NCBI GenBank assembly: GCA_002269645.1
Contig: NIVC01002438.1
Span: 1-64,000 of the forward strand
Direction: 5' to 3'
Origin: Macrostomum lignano
Taxonomy: Eukaryota
DNA: 64,000 bases
Shown here: one piece after another, positions 22,320 to 37,315 of the stretch
Position numbering within the stretch: the stretch's first letter is position 1
Layout of the letters: every line of letters begins with the position of its first letter
Translations under genes and position numbers: made by a program
Notes under the pieces: generated by a model
What the model saw: only the letters and a program-made list of their open reading frames with translations
The model's database searches: none
What the model was told of the DNA's origin: nothing

Positions 22320-23010
22320 CTGAGATTTCATGTAGTCTCATATGAGATTCGATCCAAAATCATGAGATTTCATGTAGTCTCATATGAGATTCGATCCAAA
22401 CTCATGAGATTTCATGTAGTCTCATATGAGATTCGATCCAAAATCATGAGATTTCATGTAGTCTTATGTGAGATTCGATCCAAACTCATGAGATTTCATG
22501 TAGTCTCATGTGAGATTCGATCCAAACTCATGAGATTTCATGTAGTCTCATATGAGATTCGATCCAAACTCATGAGATTTCATGTAGTCTCATATGAGAT
22601 TCGATCTAGTCTCATGTGATATTTTATCTAGTCTCATATTAGATTGCATCTAGTCTCATATGAGATTCTATCTAGTCTCATATAAGATTTCATCTAGTCT
22701 CATATTAGATTCTATCTAGCCTCATATAAGACTCTATCTTGTCTCATATGAGATTCGATCCAAACTCATGAGATTTTATGTAGTCTCATATGAGATTCGA
22801 TCCAGTTTCATGAGATTATATCTAAACTCATGAGATTTGATCTAGTCTCATGTGATATTTCATCTAGTCTCATATGAGATTATATCTTTAGTCTTTTTCC
22901 AGTTTCTATCTAGTCTCATGTGAGATTTCTATCTAGTCTCATATCTAGTCTCATAGGAGATTATATCTAGTCTCATATGAGATTCTATTTATACTAGTGA
23001 GATTCTAGGT
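22320..23010. repeat. 42-bp minisatellite grading into a 22-bp unit (TCTAGTCTCATATGAGATTCTA)
   Basis: GATCCAAACTCATGAGATTTCATGTAGTCTCATATGAGATTC tandem units, then shorter degenerate units. Confidence 0.9.
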
Positions 23011-23574
23011 ACTATCATATTTGATCATGAATTGTTTCAAATGAGATCATATCTCATGATATAGTCTCTCATGAGATCCAATCTAGTCCTATTTATTCTA
23101 TTCTACTTCCTAACAGATTCCTATTTCATCCTGAAAACTTTTCATATGCTTTCCACCTGGTCCATTAGAGGCGACTCATTTCAGGCCAAATGGAGTAGAA
23201 GCTGTTTGTTCCTAAACCCGAAACTTCTCAACTTTCATCCCTCACCAACAGAGAGCAGCTCTCATCATTTCTCTAATTTGTGTTTGCAAATCGTTAATAA
23301 TTGAGAAGTTGTAGCTCGTACAGGGTAAGCTGGGATTTTTGACCAGCAAAATCTTTTTAAGAGGCCTCTGAGCAGCACTTTAAGATAATTGGGACCACTG
23401 TCTATCAATGGGCGCCTTGAGCAAATATTTTCCAGAATACTCGTATGGCTTGTTTTACTTGAGTGGACAATATGAACTGGGCTCGACTGGGAAAGCATTG
23501 GATTTAAGAAGTTTATTGTTCAATGATGCATTAGATTGTGCAAGACAAGGTGCTGGAGGGTACCTGATGGTGCT

Positions 23575-24190
23575 ATAGAATATACCTCGGGATACTAGAA
23601 TATACCTCAGGATGCTAGAATATACCTCAGGATGCTAGAATATACCTCAGGATGCTAGAATATACCTCAGGATGCTAGAATATACCTCAGGATACTAGAA
23701 TATACCTCAGAATGCTAGAATATACCTCAGGATACTAGAATATACCTCAGGATGTTAGAATATACCTCAGGATGCTAGAATATACCTCAGGATGCTAGAA
23801 TATACCTCGGGATGCTAGAATATACCTCAGGATACTAGAATATACCTCAGAATGCTAGAATATACCTCAGGATGCTAGAATATACCTCAGGATGCTAGAA
23901 TATACCTCAGGATACTAGAATATACCTCAGGATGCTAGAATATACCTTAGAATCCTAGTAGAATATACCACAGGATGCTAGAATATACCTCGGGATACTA
24001 GAATATACCTCAGGATGCTAGAATATACCACAGGATGCTAGAATATACCTCAGGATGCTAGAATATACCTCAGGATGCTAGAATATACCTCAGGATGCTA
24101 GAATATACCTCGGGATGGTAGAATATACCTCGGGATGGTAGAATATACCCCGGGATACTAGAATATACCCCGGGATGGTAGAATATACTA
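23575..24190. repeat. 20-bp minisatellite (TAGAATATACCTCAGGATGC)n
   Basis: About 30 tandem units. Confidence 0.95.
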
Positions 24191-25228
24191 CTTCAGGATG
24201 ATAAAATAGACATGATCATTAGGTGCATATTAGTGCCCCAGATTGTGATTCCAGATATATCGCGAAGACAGAATAAGTTGCCCAGCCGATATGTATTGTA
24301 AGTGATATTATTGAAGGCCACATATATCTTCAATCCACAAGTGGTATCACTTGTCACTGGAGAAGAGCAAAGTCAAAGTAGAAGTGGTAAGCAATTGCCT
24401 CATCAAGTAAAGACTCTTGAGGCTTATTGGCAGTGCTATCACCTGTGCTCACACCTGTAGGTGGACAGTCAAGAGTCGGATACCTGAGCACTGCAGTATC
24501 AACTGACTAAGCATCCAAGTGTAGCTATTGATTTTGGCACCCGAGGCATCAAGTGAAGAGGTGCCAGATTGCCCCTAAATTTATAAATTGACAGATGTGA
24601 CAGTCCCCGACATGTATCGAAATTTACTAAATAACGCCGGATTTTGTCCAAGTTGAAACGAACTACTCAATTGGGGGAGGGAGTAAAGAATTGGCGCAAT
24701 TGAGAGTCAGGGGAAAAGTTGAAGCAATCTTCAGACTCTTGCTGAAGATCTTCATCTCTGATCGAGCTCATTCAGTTCGCGGCATTATTGAATCAGTCAG
24801 GCTCCGCCCGTTTGCCTGAATGATGCAGGGTCCACCGCCAGCCTCCCAGGAGACGAGCTGGGCTCACGGGCAAACCGCCAGTCAAATCGAGGCAATTCTG
24901 TAGATGGTCCCGCAGAGAAATCTTTTATGCCTGCTTTTAGAAGATAGGACTATTCGAAGTTGGCCGAGTATAAAGGTATTATAAATCTATCGGGCTGGGG
25001 GAGGCGTTTGAGGAAAATTCAATTGGGAAAATCGGCTGGGTGCGCTGATGGCCTGGGGTTGGCCAATTTTGAGCTACTCAGAGACTCTGGGATCGTCTCT
25101 GGGGGGGGGGTCTTCTGAAGTGGCTGGCTTGGTGTGCGAGACTGGGGGACTTGTTGATGGGCCTTTGAACTGTTATTCGTCTACAGGTGTCAGAAAAGGC
25201 TGGTGAGCAAATTATTACAGTTTTCAAT

Positions 25229-25675
<447 letters not shown>

Positions 25676-26107
25676 CCAGTAAACCAATTCATCAATCAAT
25701 AGACATTTCAAGTTAGTCAAGAACTAAAATGGATCGCTTACCAAATATTTTCGCAAATTATTCAAAGTTTCAATAAAAATTGATTGTAGAAGAGATCTGC
25801 TACCGATTAAGGTACAGATGATTTAACACTTGAGTCTTCAGCCACCGAGCCTGACTTCTGTTGCCAAATAAACCAAGTTTGTCCGCAAACTTTGGCACTC
25901 TTACCGAAAAGCAGTGCAACAAGGGGAGTTTAGAAATTGATGCAAGTGGGCAGAGTTGGGGAAAAATAGACATCAGAGAGGGCTGGGTGATTGGCTTGGC
26001 ATGACGACTGGCTCAGCCAATAACTGCTGGCTCTCCTGCCAGCCATGCCCTTTTCTCATGTACGCTTGAATTGTTGCAGCTGTCTGCTTTAGTTGGGTGC
26101 AGAGTGC

Positions 26108-26890
26108 TCCTCTCTCTCTCCTCTCTCGCCTCTCTCTCCTCTCTCTCTCTCCTCTCTCGCCTCTCTCTCTCTCTCTCTCTCCTCTCTCTCTTCTCTCTCT
26201 CCTCTCTCTCCTCTCTCCTCTCTCTCCTCTCTCTCTCTCTCCTCTCTTTCCTCTCTCTCCTCTCTATCTCCTCTCTCTCCTCTCTCTCCTCTCTCTCTCT
26301 CTTTCCTCTCTCTCCTCTCTTTCCTCTCTCTCCTCTCTCCCCTCTCTCTCGTCTCTCTCCTCTCTCTCTCTCTTTCCTCTCTCTCCTCTCTCCTCTCTCC
26401 CATCTCCTCTCTCTCCTCTCTCTCCTCTCTCTCTCTCTTTCCTCTCTCTCCTCTCTTTCCTCTCTCTCCTCTCTCTTCTCTCTCTCCTCTCTCTCCTCTC
26501 TCTCGTCTCTCTCCTCTCTCTCTCTCTCTTTCCTCTCTCTCCTCTCTCTCCTCTCTCCTCTCTCTCCTCTCATCTCTGCCTCCTCTCTCTCCTTTGCCTC
26601 CTCTCTCTCCTCTGCCTCCTGTCTCTCCTCTCTCTCCTCTCTCTCCTCTCTCTCCTCTCTCTCATCTCTCTCCTCTCTCTTTCTCTCTTTCCTCTCTCTC
26701 TCTTCTCTCTCCTCTCTCTCCTCTCTCTCCTCTCTCTCTTCTTTCTCTCCTCTCTCTCCTCTCTCTCTTATTTCTCTCCTCTCTCTCCTCTCTCTCTTAT
26801 TTCTCTCCTCTCTCTCCTCTCTCTCCTCTCTCTCCTCTCTCCTCTCTCTCCTCTGTCTCATCTCTCACCTATCTCTCCTCTCTCTCCTTT
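26108..26890. repeat. Degenerate (CT)n/(CCTCTCTCT)n polypyrimidine tract
   Basis: About 780 nt almost entirely C/T. Confidence 0.95.
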
Positions 26891-27244
26891 CCCTCCACTT
26901 CCTCTCAAGGGTCCCCTCAGTCCGCTTTAGAAGTCTCCGATCCTCCCTTTTCAGAAACTGACGATCTGAAATTAGCGCTGCCGGGTGCGTTAGCTAGCAG
27001 ATGGTTAAAAATAACAAAAATAAACGTTGCGGAGAGACAGGCAATAGAAAGACGCAAAGTTGACATCAAAAGCTAAAAGTTGTCCGCTGAAGATCTTCTT
27101 TCTCTGTTCCCTCTTTCCTCAGTTTTCCCGTTTTGCTGAAACACTGTGCTGCAGCCCCGAACCCTGCAATCACTGCTGAGGTTGGCCCGGGACTGCTGAA
27201 TATTATCACCTGGACTGGAACCGATCTAGATAGACACTAGATCA

Positions 27245-27643
<399 letters not shown>

Positions 27644-28211
27644 CATTCTGGCGACAATCTTGCCACAGGATTGGTTCAAATTGTACTGTTTCAATTTCTT
27701 TCCCATTGTACGCTCGTATGAAAATAAATAAATTTTGTCTTAGGTCAGGGTCGGACTGAGATGAGCAACTCTCTCTCTCTCTCTCTCTCCCTCTCTTTCT
27801 GTGTTAGAAGTTGCAACTGACTGACTGGTCGGTTGTAGATAAAAATCAACTTCAGTTTTCGTTCGTCCGCGTGTTGGCGCGAAGACTTGGTTCAATGCAG
27901 ACACAGCTCCGGTGCCCCTGACCCTGTAGTCCCTTGGGGATTCCTGTCGAGGTCGTGGCCAAGGATGAGTGTGAGAGAGAAATAGTAAATTTTTTTGGAC
28001 TTTTTGTTGCCACCAGAGCATTCATAAAGTTTGGCGTCTTGGTTGGCAGTCATAAAAACTTGATGCTTGGCCTCAGGGTGCCACCGAAGTCGTAAAAAAT
28101 TTGGCAAGGAAAGGCGAGAGTCAACACTGATGCAATGTTGCGTGCATCAATGTCATGCTTCCTTTTAGGGTTTTATTAGTTTTTACTGGCCATTGTTGGG
28201 AGAAAGTGTAG

Positions 28212-29430
28212 AAAAAGAGTAGGGTAGAGTGTAGAAATAAGTAGGGTAGAGTATAGAAATACAATAGGGTAGAGTGTAGAACTACAGTAGGGTAGAGTGT
28301 AGAAATAAGTAGGGTAGAGTGTAGAAATAAGTAGGGTAGAGTGTAGAACTACAGTAGGGTAGAGTGTAGAAATAAGTAGGGTGAAGTGTAGAACTACAGT
28401 AGGGTAGAGTGTAGAATTACAGTAGGGTAGAGTGTAGAATTACAGTAGGGTAGAGTGTAGAAATAAGTGGAGTAGAGTGTAGAAATACAGTAGGGTAGAG
28501 TGTAGAATTACAGTAGGGTAGAGTGTAGAATTACAGTAGGGTAGAGTGTAGAAATACAGTAGGGTATAGTGTAGAATTACAGTAGGGTATAGTGTAGAAT
28601 TACAGTAGGGTAGAGTGTAGAATTACAGTAGGGTAGAGTGTAGAAATACAGTAGGGTAGAGTGTAGAAATACAGTAGGGTAGAGTGTAGAAATACAGTAG
28701 GGTAGAGTGTAGAAATACAGTAGGGTATAGTGTAGAATTACAGTAGGGTGAAGTGTAGAACTACAGTAGGGTAGAGTGTAGAATTACAGTAGGGTAGAGT
28801 GTAGAAATAAGTAGGGTAGAGTGTAGAACTATAGTAGGGTAGAGTGTAGAACTACAGTAGGGTAGAGTGTAGAACTACAGTAGGGTAGAGTGTAGAACTA
28901 CAGTAGGGTAGAGTGTAGAAATAAGTAGGGTAGAGTGTAGAAATAAGTAGGGTAGAGTGTAGAAATACAGTAGGGTAGAGTGTAGAAATACAGAAGGGTA
29001 GAGTGTAGAAATCCAGTAGGGTAGAGTGTAGAAATACAGTAGGGTATAGTGTAGAATTACAGTAGGGTGAAGTGTAGAACTACAGTAGGGTAGAGTGTAG
29101 AATTACAGTAGGGTAGAGTGTAGAAATAAGTAGGGTAGAGTGTAGAACTATAGTAGGGTAGAGTGTAGAACTACAGTAGGGTAGAGTGTAGAACTACAGT
29201 AGGGTAGAGTGTAGAACTACAGTAGGGTAGAGTGTAGAAATAAGTAGGGTAGAGTGTAGAAATAAGTAGGGTAGAGTGTAGAAATACAGTAGGGTAGAGT
29301 GTAGAAATACAGAAGGGTAGAGTGTAGAAATCCAGTAGGGTAGAGTGTAGAAATACAGTAGGGTAGAGTATGGAAATACAGTAAGGTAGAGTGTAGAAAT
29401 CCAGTAGGGTAGAGTGTAGAAGTAGAGTAG
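28212..29430. repeat. 23-bp minisatellite (AGGGTAGAGTGTAGAAATACAGT)n
   Basis: About 52 tandem units with variant blocks. Confidence 0.95.
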
Positions 29431-29830
29431 GATATAACATAAAACGCAGGCTTTTCAGACCCAAAAACATTCAAATCCGGATTGCAGTGTTTTCGATGCA
29501 AGAAAAATCTGCACTTCTCAAGAAGTCATTTCGCAGTGGGACTTCGCAGCTGAGCCCGTTTGTCCCTCGAGCCAATTAATCACCAGGCCAGTTTGCTCTT
29601 ATCTTTCATATTTTGCCGCCGAAACTGCATGCAGATTGGGGGGGGGGTTGGGCTTACTTGCGTTTTTTCTCTCTCCGAGGATCATCCTTGACAAATGACT
29701 GGCCCGGGCATTCATCACGGCTGGGTCGGATGAGGTTGGCGGCGATGCGTTGCTGGGTTCCCAGAGACAGTATTGTAGCTAAGTGTAGGAAACAGTGGCA
29801 AGAGGTTTGGTTGCAGTGTTTTCAAGAAAG

Positions 29831-30346
<516 letters not shown>

Positions 30347-31364
30347 AACAGTTTAGCTGATTTCCAGCAAAATCGAACCATTCGATCAGAAATTTTTCCG
30401 TGATAGTACATGCATCGTGGCTAAGAAATCGCTCAATGCTAAAGGGATTAAAAAGGTAAAAAGCTGTTTTTTCCATATGCTTCTAATGTACTAATTTTCT
30501 CACACTAAGAGCTCAATACGTCTATAGCCAGAGACTAAACTTCAATTGTCTAGCTGATGCTATAAATAATCCCTCTATTCCCCCAAGGCCAACCGAAACT
30601 GCAGGTGTGAATTTTCTATTATAATGAGCAAGGGACAGTCCCGTAAGTCACGCTAAGTTACAGGTCACGTTAGCACTAGATAATGAGTTGCGAATGGAAA
30701 ATCTATGCAGTGCTCACGTGACATGTCTAAATTGGGTAAAAATTCCAAACAGGTCGAAATTTGACTTGGTGTCTATGGCAAAAACTATTCGCTTGAAAGC
30801 ACCCGTGGTTTCTCATTGCTCATCTGGTTTATTATCGATTTTCAATTGTCATCTCATTCAGAATCTATTCTCATTTTTCATCTCATTTAGAATCTATTAT
30901 CATTTCTCACATCATTTGGAATCTATTCTCATTTCTCATGTCCCACAAAGTTGTTTCCTTTTTAAGAAAGAATCACATTTTCCAACAAGGCAGTACGGCC
31001 TTATATAAATACGGATATGTGTAGAACTGGTTGCGTAAAATCTGTAATAAAAAATACCCATAAACAGAAAGTCCCAGCTGCACCGCGGTTCAGAAGGCCG
31101 CCAGAAATTTGCTAAATGTTGACGGCTAAATGGCTTCCAGTCTAAAAGCAAAATCTGCCAAAAAAGCAAATGCTTGTTTTGCCTCACGGGCAGGGGGAGG
31201 GGGCAGCCGTGATTTGAAAGGCTGTAAGGTCCGACATGGCAGACTTTCAGTTCCACTATCTCATTGTGGGCGTCTCTTTTGCTGACTTGTTGGCATAAAA
31301 AATAGCCTCTCTGCCTGAAGATGTTGTCTGCTAACCCTGAGGTTTTCCTCTCTTTTGCACTCCC

Positions 31365-31870
31365 TGCCCCTTCTCTCTCTTCTTCTCCTCTCTCTTCCCT
31401 GAAGTCTCTCTTTTCTCGATCCCCTGAAGATTCTCTTCTCTCTTCCCTGAAGATTCTCTTCTCTCTTCCCTGAAGATTGTCTTCTCTCTTCCCTGAAGAT
31501 TGTCTTCTCTCTTCCCTGAAGACTGTCTTCTCTCTTCCCTGAAGATTGTCTTCTCTCTTCTTTGAAGATTCTCTTCCCTCTTCCCTGAAGATTCTCTTCC
31601 CTCTTCCTTGAAGATTGTCTTCTCTCTTCCCTGAAGATTGTCTTCTCTCTTCCCTGAAGACTGTCTTCTCTCTTCCCTGAAGATTGTCTTCTCTCTTCCC
31701 TGAAGATTGTCTTCTCTCTTCCCTGAAGATTCTCTTCTCTCTTCCCTGAAGATTGTCTTCTCTCTTCCCTGAAGATTCTCTTCTCTCTTCCTTGAAGATT
31801 GTCTTCTCTCTTCCTTGAAGACTGTCTTCTCTCTTCCCTGAACAGTTCCCTGCCTCTCCTTGAAGATTTT
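31365..31870. repeat. 23-bp minisatellite (TTCCCTGAAGATTGTCTTCTCTC)n
   Basis: About 20 tandem units. Confidence 0.9.
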
Positions 31871-32555
31871 CTTTTGTCTCTCTGTTCTATCTGTTCTAAG
31901 ATTTATACAGGTATCTCTCCAAAATATTGTTATTTTCTATCCCCACCGAGACAGCGCCATGAATATGACAGTGTCATCCCATCTGCTTGCTGCAACTGAC
32001 ATGCACACCATGAGGCGACACACCCTGACAGAGCAGATGGCCCAGCAAGCAGAAATAATTGCATTTCAAAGAAGCAACTCTTCGGATTTCGGAAGTTCCG
32101 TGCATGATTCAACCCAAGGATATCAAATTGCAGAAATGCCATCATCTCCTTTCTGTCTATCACCATCGTATAGCTCCTATAATCCAGCATCCTTAATTCT
32201 ATCTTCATCCTCACCTATAGCCTATTTTAATTTGATGTCGGAACAAAAAAGGTGAATGAATGAATGAATGGTAAAGTAATGCGGAACCAGATGTGACTCG
32301 CAGATGGGGCAGAGATTCCATCACCCGACATTTAACTTCTTTTTGTTCGAGGTATGAAATGCTGAGATGCCTGGCTGATAAATAGTCTCTTAATTGACTG
32401 ACGCCAATTAGTCAATTTCGCCATCCTTCACATTTTGAAGGAATCCACTTTTCGGATATTTCTTTGGAATTTCGTTGGGGAACTTTGTTGGAGCATTTTG
32501 TAGAATATTTTGTTCCTGGTGGTGTAAACAACTTTTACGTGAAGTTATAGCACCC

Positions 32556-35500
32556 ATCACCACACACAGAATGGCACACATCTGACACTACAAATGACAC
32601 ACACCTGAAACCAAAAATGACACAAATTTGACACCACAAATGACACACATCTGACACTACAAATGACACACATCTGACACCGCAAATGACAAAAATTTGA
32701 CGCTACAAATGACACACATCTGACACCCCAAATGACACATATATGACAGCACAAATGACACAAATTTGACACCGCAAATGACACAAATCTGACACTACAA
32801 ATCTGACACTACAAATGACACAAATCTGACACTACAAATCTGACACTACAAATGACACAAATCTGACACTACAAATGACACACATCTGACACTACAAATG
32901 ACACACATCTGACACTACAAATGACACAAATCTGACACCACAAATGACACAAATCTGACACCACAAATGACACACATCTGACACCACAAATGACACACAT
33001 CTGACACCACAAATGACACACATCTGACACCACAAATGACACACATCTGACACCACAAATGACACAAATCTGACACTACAAATGATACTACAAATGACAC
33101 AAATCTGACAACACAAATGACACACACCTGAAACCAAAAATGACACAAATTTGACACCACAAATGACACAAATCTGAAACCACAAATGACACAAATCTGA
33201 CACCACAAATGACACACATCTGACACCACAAATGACACACATCTGACACTACAAATGACACACATCTGACACCACAAATTACACACATCTGACACCACAA
33301 ATTACACACATCTGACACCACAAATGACACACATCTGACACCACAAATGACACACATCTGACACCACAAATGACACACATCTGACACCACAAATGACACA
33401 AATCTGACACTACAAATGATACTACAAATGACACAAATCTGACAACACAAATGACACACACCTGAAACCAAAAATGACACAAATTTGACACCACAAATGA
33501 CACAAATCTGACACCACAAATGACACACATCTGACACTACAAATCTGACACTACAAATCTGACACTACAAATGACACAAATCTGATACTACGAGTACAAA
33601 TGACACACATCTGACACTACAAATGACACACATCTGACACTACAAATGACACAAATCTGACACTACAAATGACACACATCTGACACTACAAATGACACAT
33701 ATCTGACACCACAAATGACACAAACCTGACACTACAAATGACACAAATCTGACACTACAAATGACACACATCTGACACTACAAATGACACATATCTGACA
33801 CCACAAATGACACAAATCTGACACTACAAATGACACAAATCTGACACTACAAATGACACAAATCTGACACTACAAATGATACTACAAATGACACAAATCT
33901 GACAACACAAATGACACACACCTGAAACCAAAAATGACACAAATCTGACACCACAAATGACACAAATCTGACACTACAAATGATACTACAAATGACACAA
34001 ATCTGACAACACAAATGACACACACCTGAAACCAAAAATGACACAAATCTGACACCACAAATGACACAAATCTGACACCACAAATGACACAAATCTGACA
34101 CTACAAATGACACAAATCTGACACCACAAATGATACACATCTGACACCACAAATGACACACATCTGAAACCACAAATGACACACATCTGAAACCACAAAT
34201 GACACACATCTGATACCACAAATGACACACATCTGATACCACAAATGACACACATCTGAAACCACAAATGACACACATCTGAAACCACAAATGACACACA
34301 TCTGAAACCACAAATGACACACATCTGAAACCACAAATGACACACATCTGACACTACAAATGACACTACAAATGACACAAATCTGACACTACAAATGACA
34401 CACATCTGACACCACAAATGACACAAATTTGACACCACAAATGACACACACCTGAAACCAAAAATGACACAAATTTGACACCACAAATGACACAAATCTG
34501 ACACTACAAATGACACAAATTTGACACCTCAAATGACACAAATTTGACACCGCAAATGACACAAATTTGACGCTACAAATGACACACATCTGACACCCAA
34601 AATGACACATATATGACAGCACAAATGACACAAATTTGACACCGCAAATGACACAAATCTGACACTACAAATCTGACACTACAAATGACACAAATCTGAC
34701 GCTACAAATGACACACATCTGACACTACAAATGACACACATCTGACACTACAAATGACACAAATCTGACACTACAAATGACACACATCTGACACTACAAA
34801 TGACACACATCTGACACTACAAATGACACATATCTGACACCACAAATGACACAAACCTTACACTACAAATGACACACATCTGACACTACAAATGACACAT
34901 ATCTGACACCACAAATGACACAAATCTGACACCACAAATGACACAAATCTGACACTACAAATGACACAAATCTGACACTACAAATGATACTACAAATGAC
35001 ACAAATCTGACAACACAAATGACACACACCTGAAACCAAAAATGACACAAATCTGACACCACAAATGACACAAATCTGACACTACAAATGATACTACAAA
35101 TGACACAAATCTGACAACACAAATGACACACACCTGAAACCAAAAATAACACAAATCTGACACCACAAATGACACAAATTTGACACCACAAATGACACAA
35201 ATCTGACACTACAAATGACACAAATCTGACACCACAAATGATACACATCTGACACCACAAATGACACACATCTGAAACCACAAATGACACACATCTGAAA
35301 CCACAAATGACACACATCTGATACCACAAATGACACACATCTGATACCACAAATGACACACATCTGAAACCACAAATGACACACATCTGAAACCACAAAT
35401 GACACACATCTGAAACCACAAATGACACACATCTGAAACCACAAATGACACACATCTGACACTACAAATGACACTACAAATGACACAAATCTGACACTAC

Positions 35501-37315
35501 AAATGACACACATCTGACACCACAAATGACACAAATCTGACACCACAAATGACACAAATCTGACACCACAAATGACACAAATCTGACACTACAAATGACA
35601 CAAATCTGACACTACAAATGACACAAATCTGACACTACAAATGACACAAATTTGACACCTCAAATGACACAAATTTGACACCGCAAATGACACAAATTTG
35701 ACGCTACAAATGACACACATCTGACACCCTAAATGACACATATATGACAGCACAAATGACACAAATTTGACACCGCAAATGACACAAATCTGACACTACA
35801 AATCTGACACTACAAATGACACAAATCTGACACTACAAATCTGACACTACAAATGACACAAATCTGACACTACAAATGACACACATCTGACACTACAAAT
35901 GACACACATCTGACACCACAAATGACACAAACCTTACACTACAAATGACACAAATCTGACACTACAAATGACACACATCTGACACTACAAATGACACATA
36001 TCTGACACCACAAATGACACAAATCTGACACCACAAATGACACAAATCTGACACTACAAATGACACAAATCTGACACTACAAATGATACTACAAATGACA
36101 CAAATCTGACAACACAAATGACACACACCTGAAACCAAAAATGACACAAATCTGACACCACAAATGACACAAATCTGACACTACAAATGATACTACAAAT
36201 GACACAAATCTGACAACACAAATGACACACACCTGAAACCAAAAATAACACAAATCTGACACCACAAATGACACAAATTTGACACCACAAATGACACAAA
36301 TCTGACACTACAAATGACACAAATCTGACACCACAAATGATACACATCTGACACCACAAATGACACACATCTGAAACCACAAATGACACACATCTGAAAC
36401 CACAAATGACACACATCTGATACCACAAATGACACACATCTGATACCACAAATGACACACATCTGAAACCACAAATGACACACATCTGAAACCACAAATG
36501 ACACACATCTGAAACCACAAATGACACACATCTGAAACCACAAATGACACACATCTGACACTACAAATGACACTACAAATGACACAAATCTGACACTACA
36601 AATGACACACATCTGACACCACAAATGACACAAATCTGACACCACAAATGACACAAATCTGACACCACAAATGACACAAATCTGACACTACAAATGACAC
36701 AAATCTGACACTACAAATGACACAAATCTGACACTACAAATGACACAAATTTGACACCTCAAATGACACAAATTTGACACCGCAAATGACACAAATTTGA
36801 CGCTACAAATGACACACATCTGACACCCTAAATGACACATATATGACAGCACAAATGACACAAATTTGACACCGCAAATGACACAAATCTGACACTACAA
36901 ATCTGACACTACAAATGACACAAATCTGACACTACAAATCTGACACTACAAATGACACAAATCTGACACTACAAATGACACACATCTGACACTACAAATG
37001 ACACACATCTGACACCACAAATGACACAAATCTGACACCACAAATGACACACATCTGACACCACAAATGACACACATCTGACACCACAAATGACACAAAT
37101 CTGACACCACAAATTACACAAATCTGACACCACAAATGACACAAATCTGACACCACAAATGACACAAATCTGACACCACAAATGACACATATCTGACACT
37201 ACAAATGACACAAATCTGACACTACAAATGACACACATCTGACACTAAAAATGACACACTTCTGACACCACAAATGACACACATCTGACACTACAAGTGA
37301 CACACATCTGACATG
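32556..37315. repeat. 4.8-kb satellite of a 23-bp unit (ACAAATGACACACATCTGACACC) with ~1.1-kb higher-order repeats
   Basis: The variant ATATGACAGC recurs at 32741, 34611, 35742 and 36841. Spurious ORFs of identical length and near-identical sequence recur at an offset of 1099. Confidence 0.95.

Noticed and set aside
22194-22320. G-alpha-like N-terminus (MG]IPIRCLSCAACWREKEIDELRTRQIETELKE) if one G is added after ATGG
   Set aside because: It needs an assumed indel, and no GxGESGKS P-loop or other G-alpha motif was found in any downstream island.
32557-37238. Cys-rich CVICGVRCV ORFs resembling metallothionein or zinc-finger proteins
   Set aside because: A by-product of the TG-rich strand of the 23-bp satellite; fragmented in all three frames.
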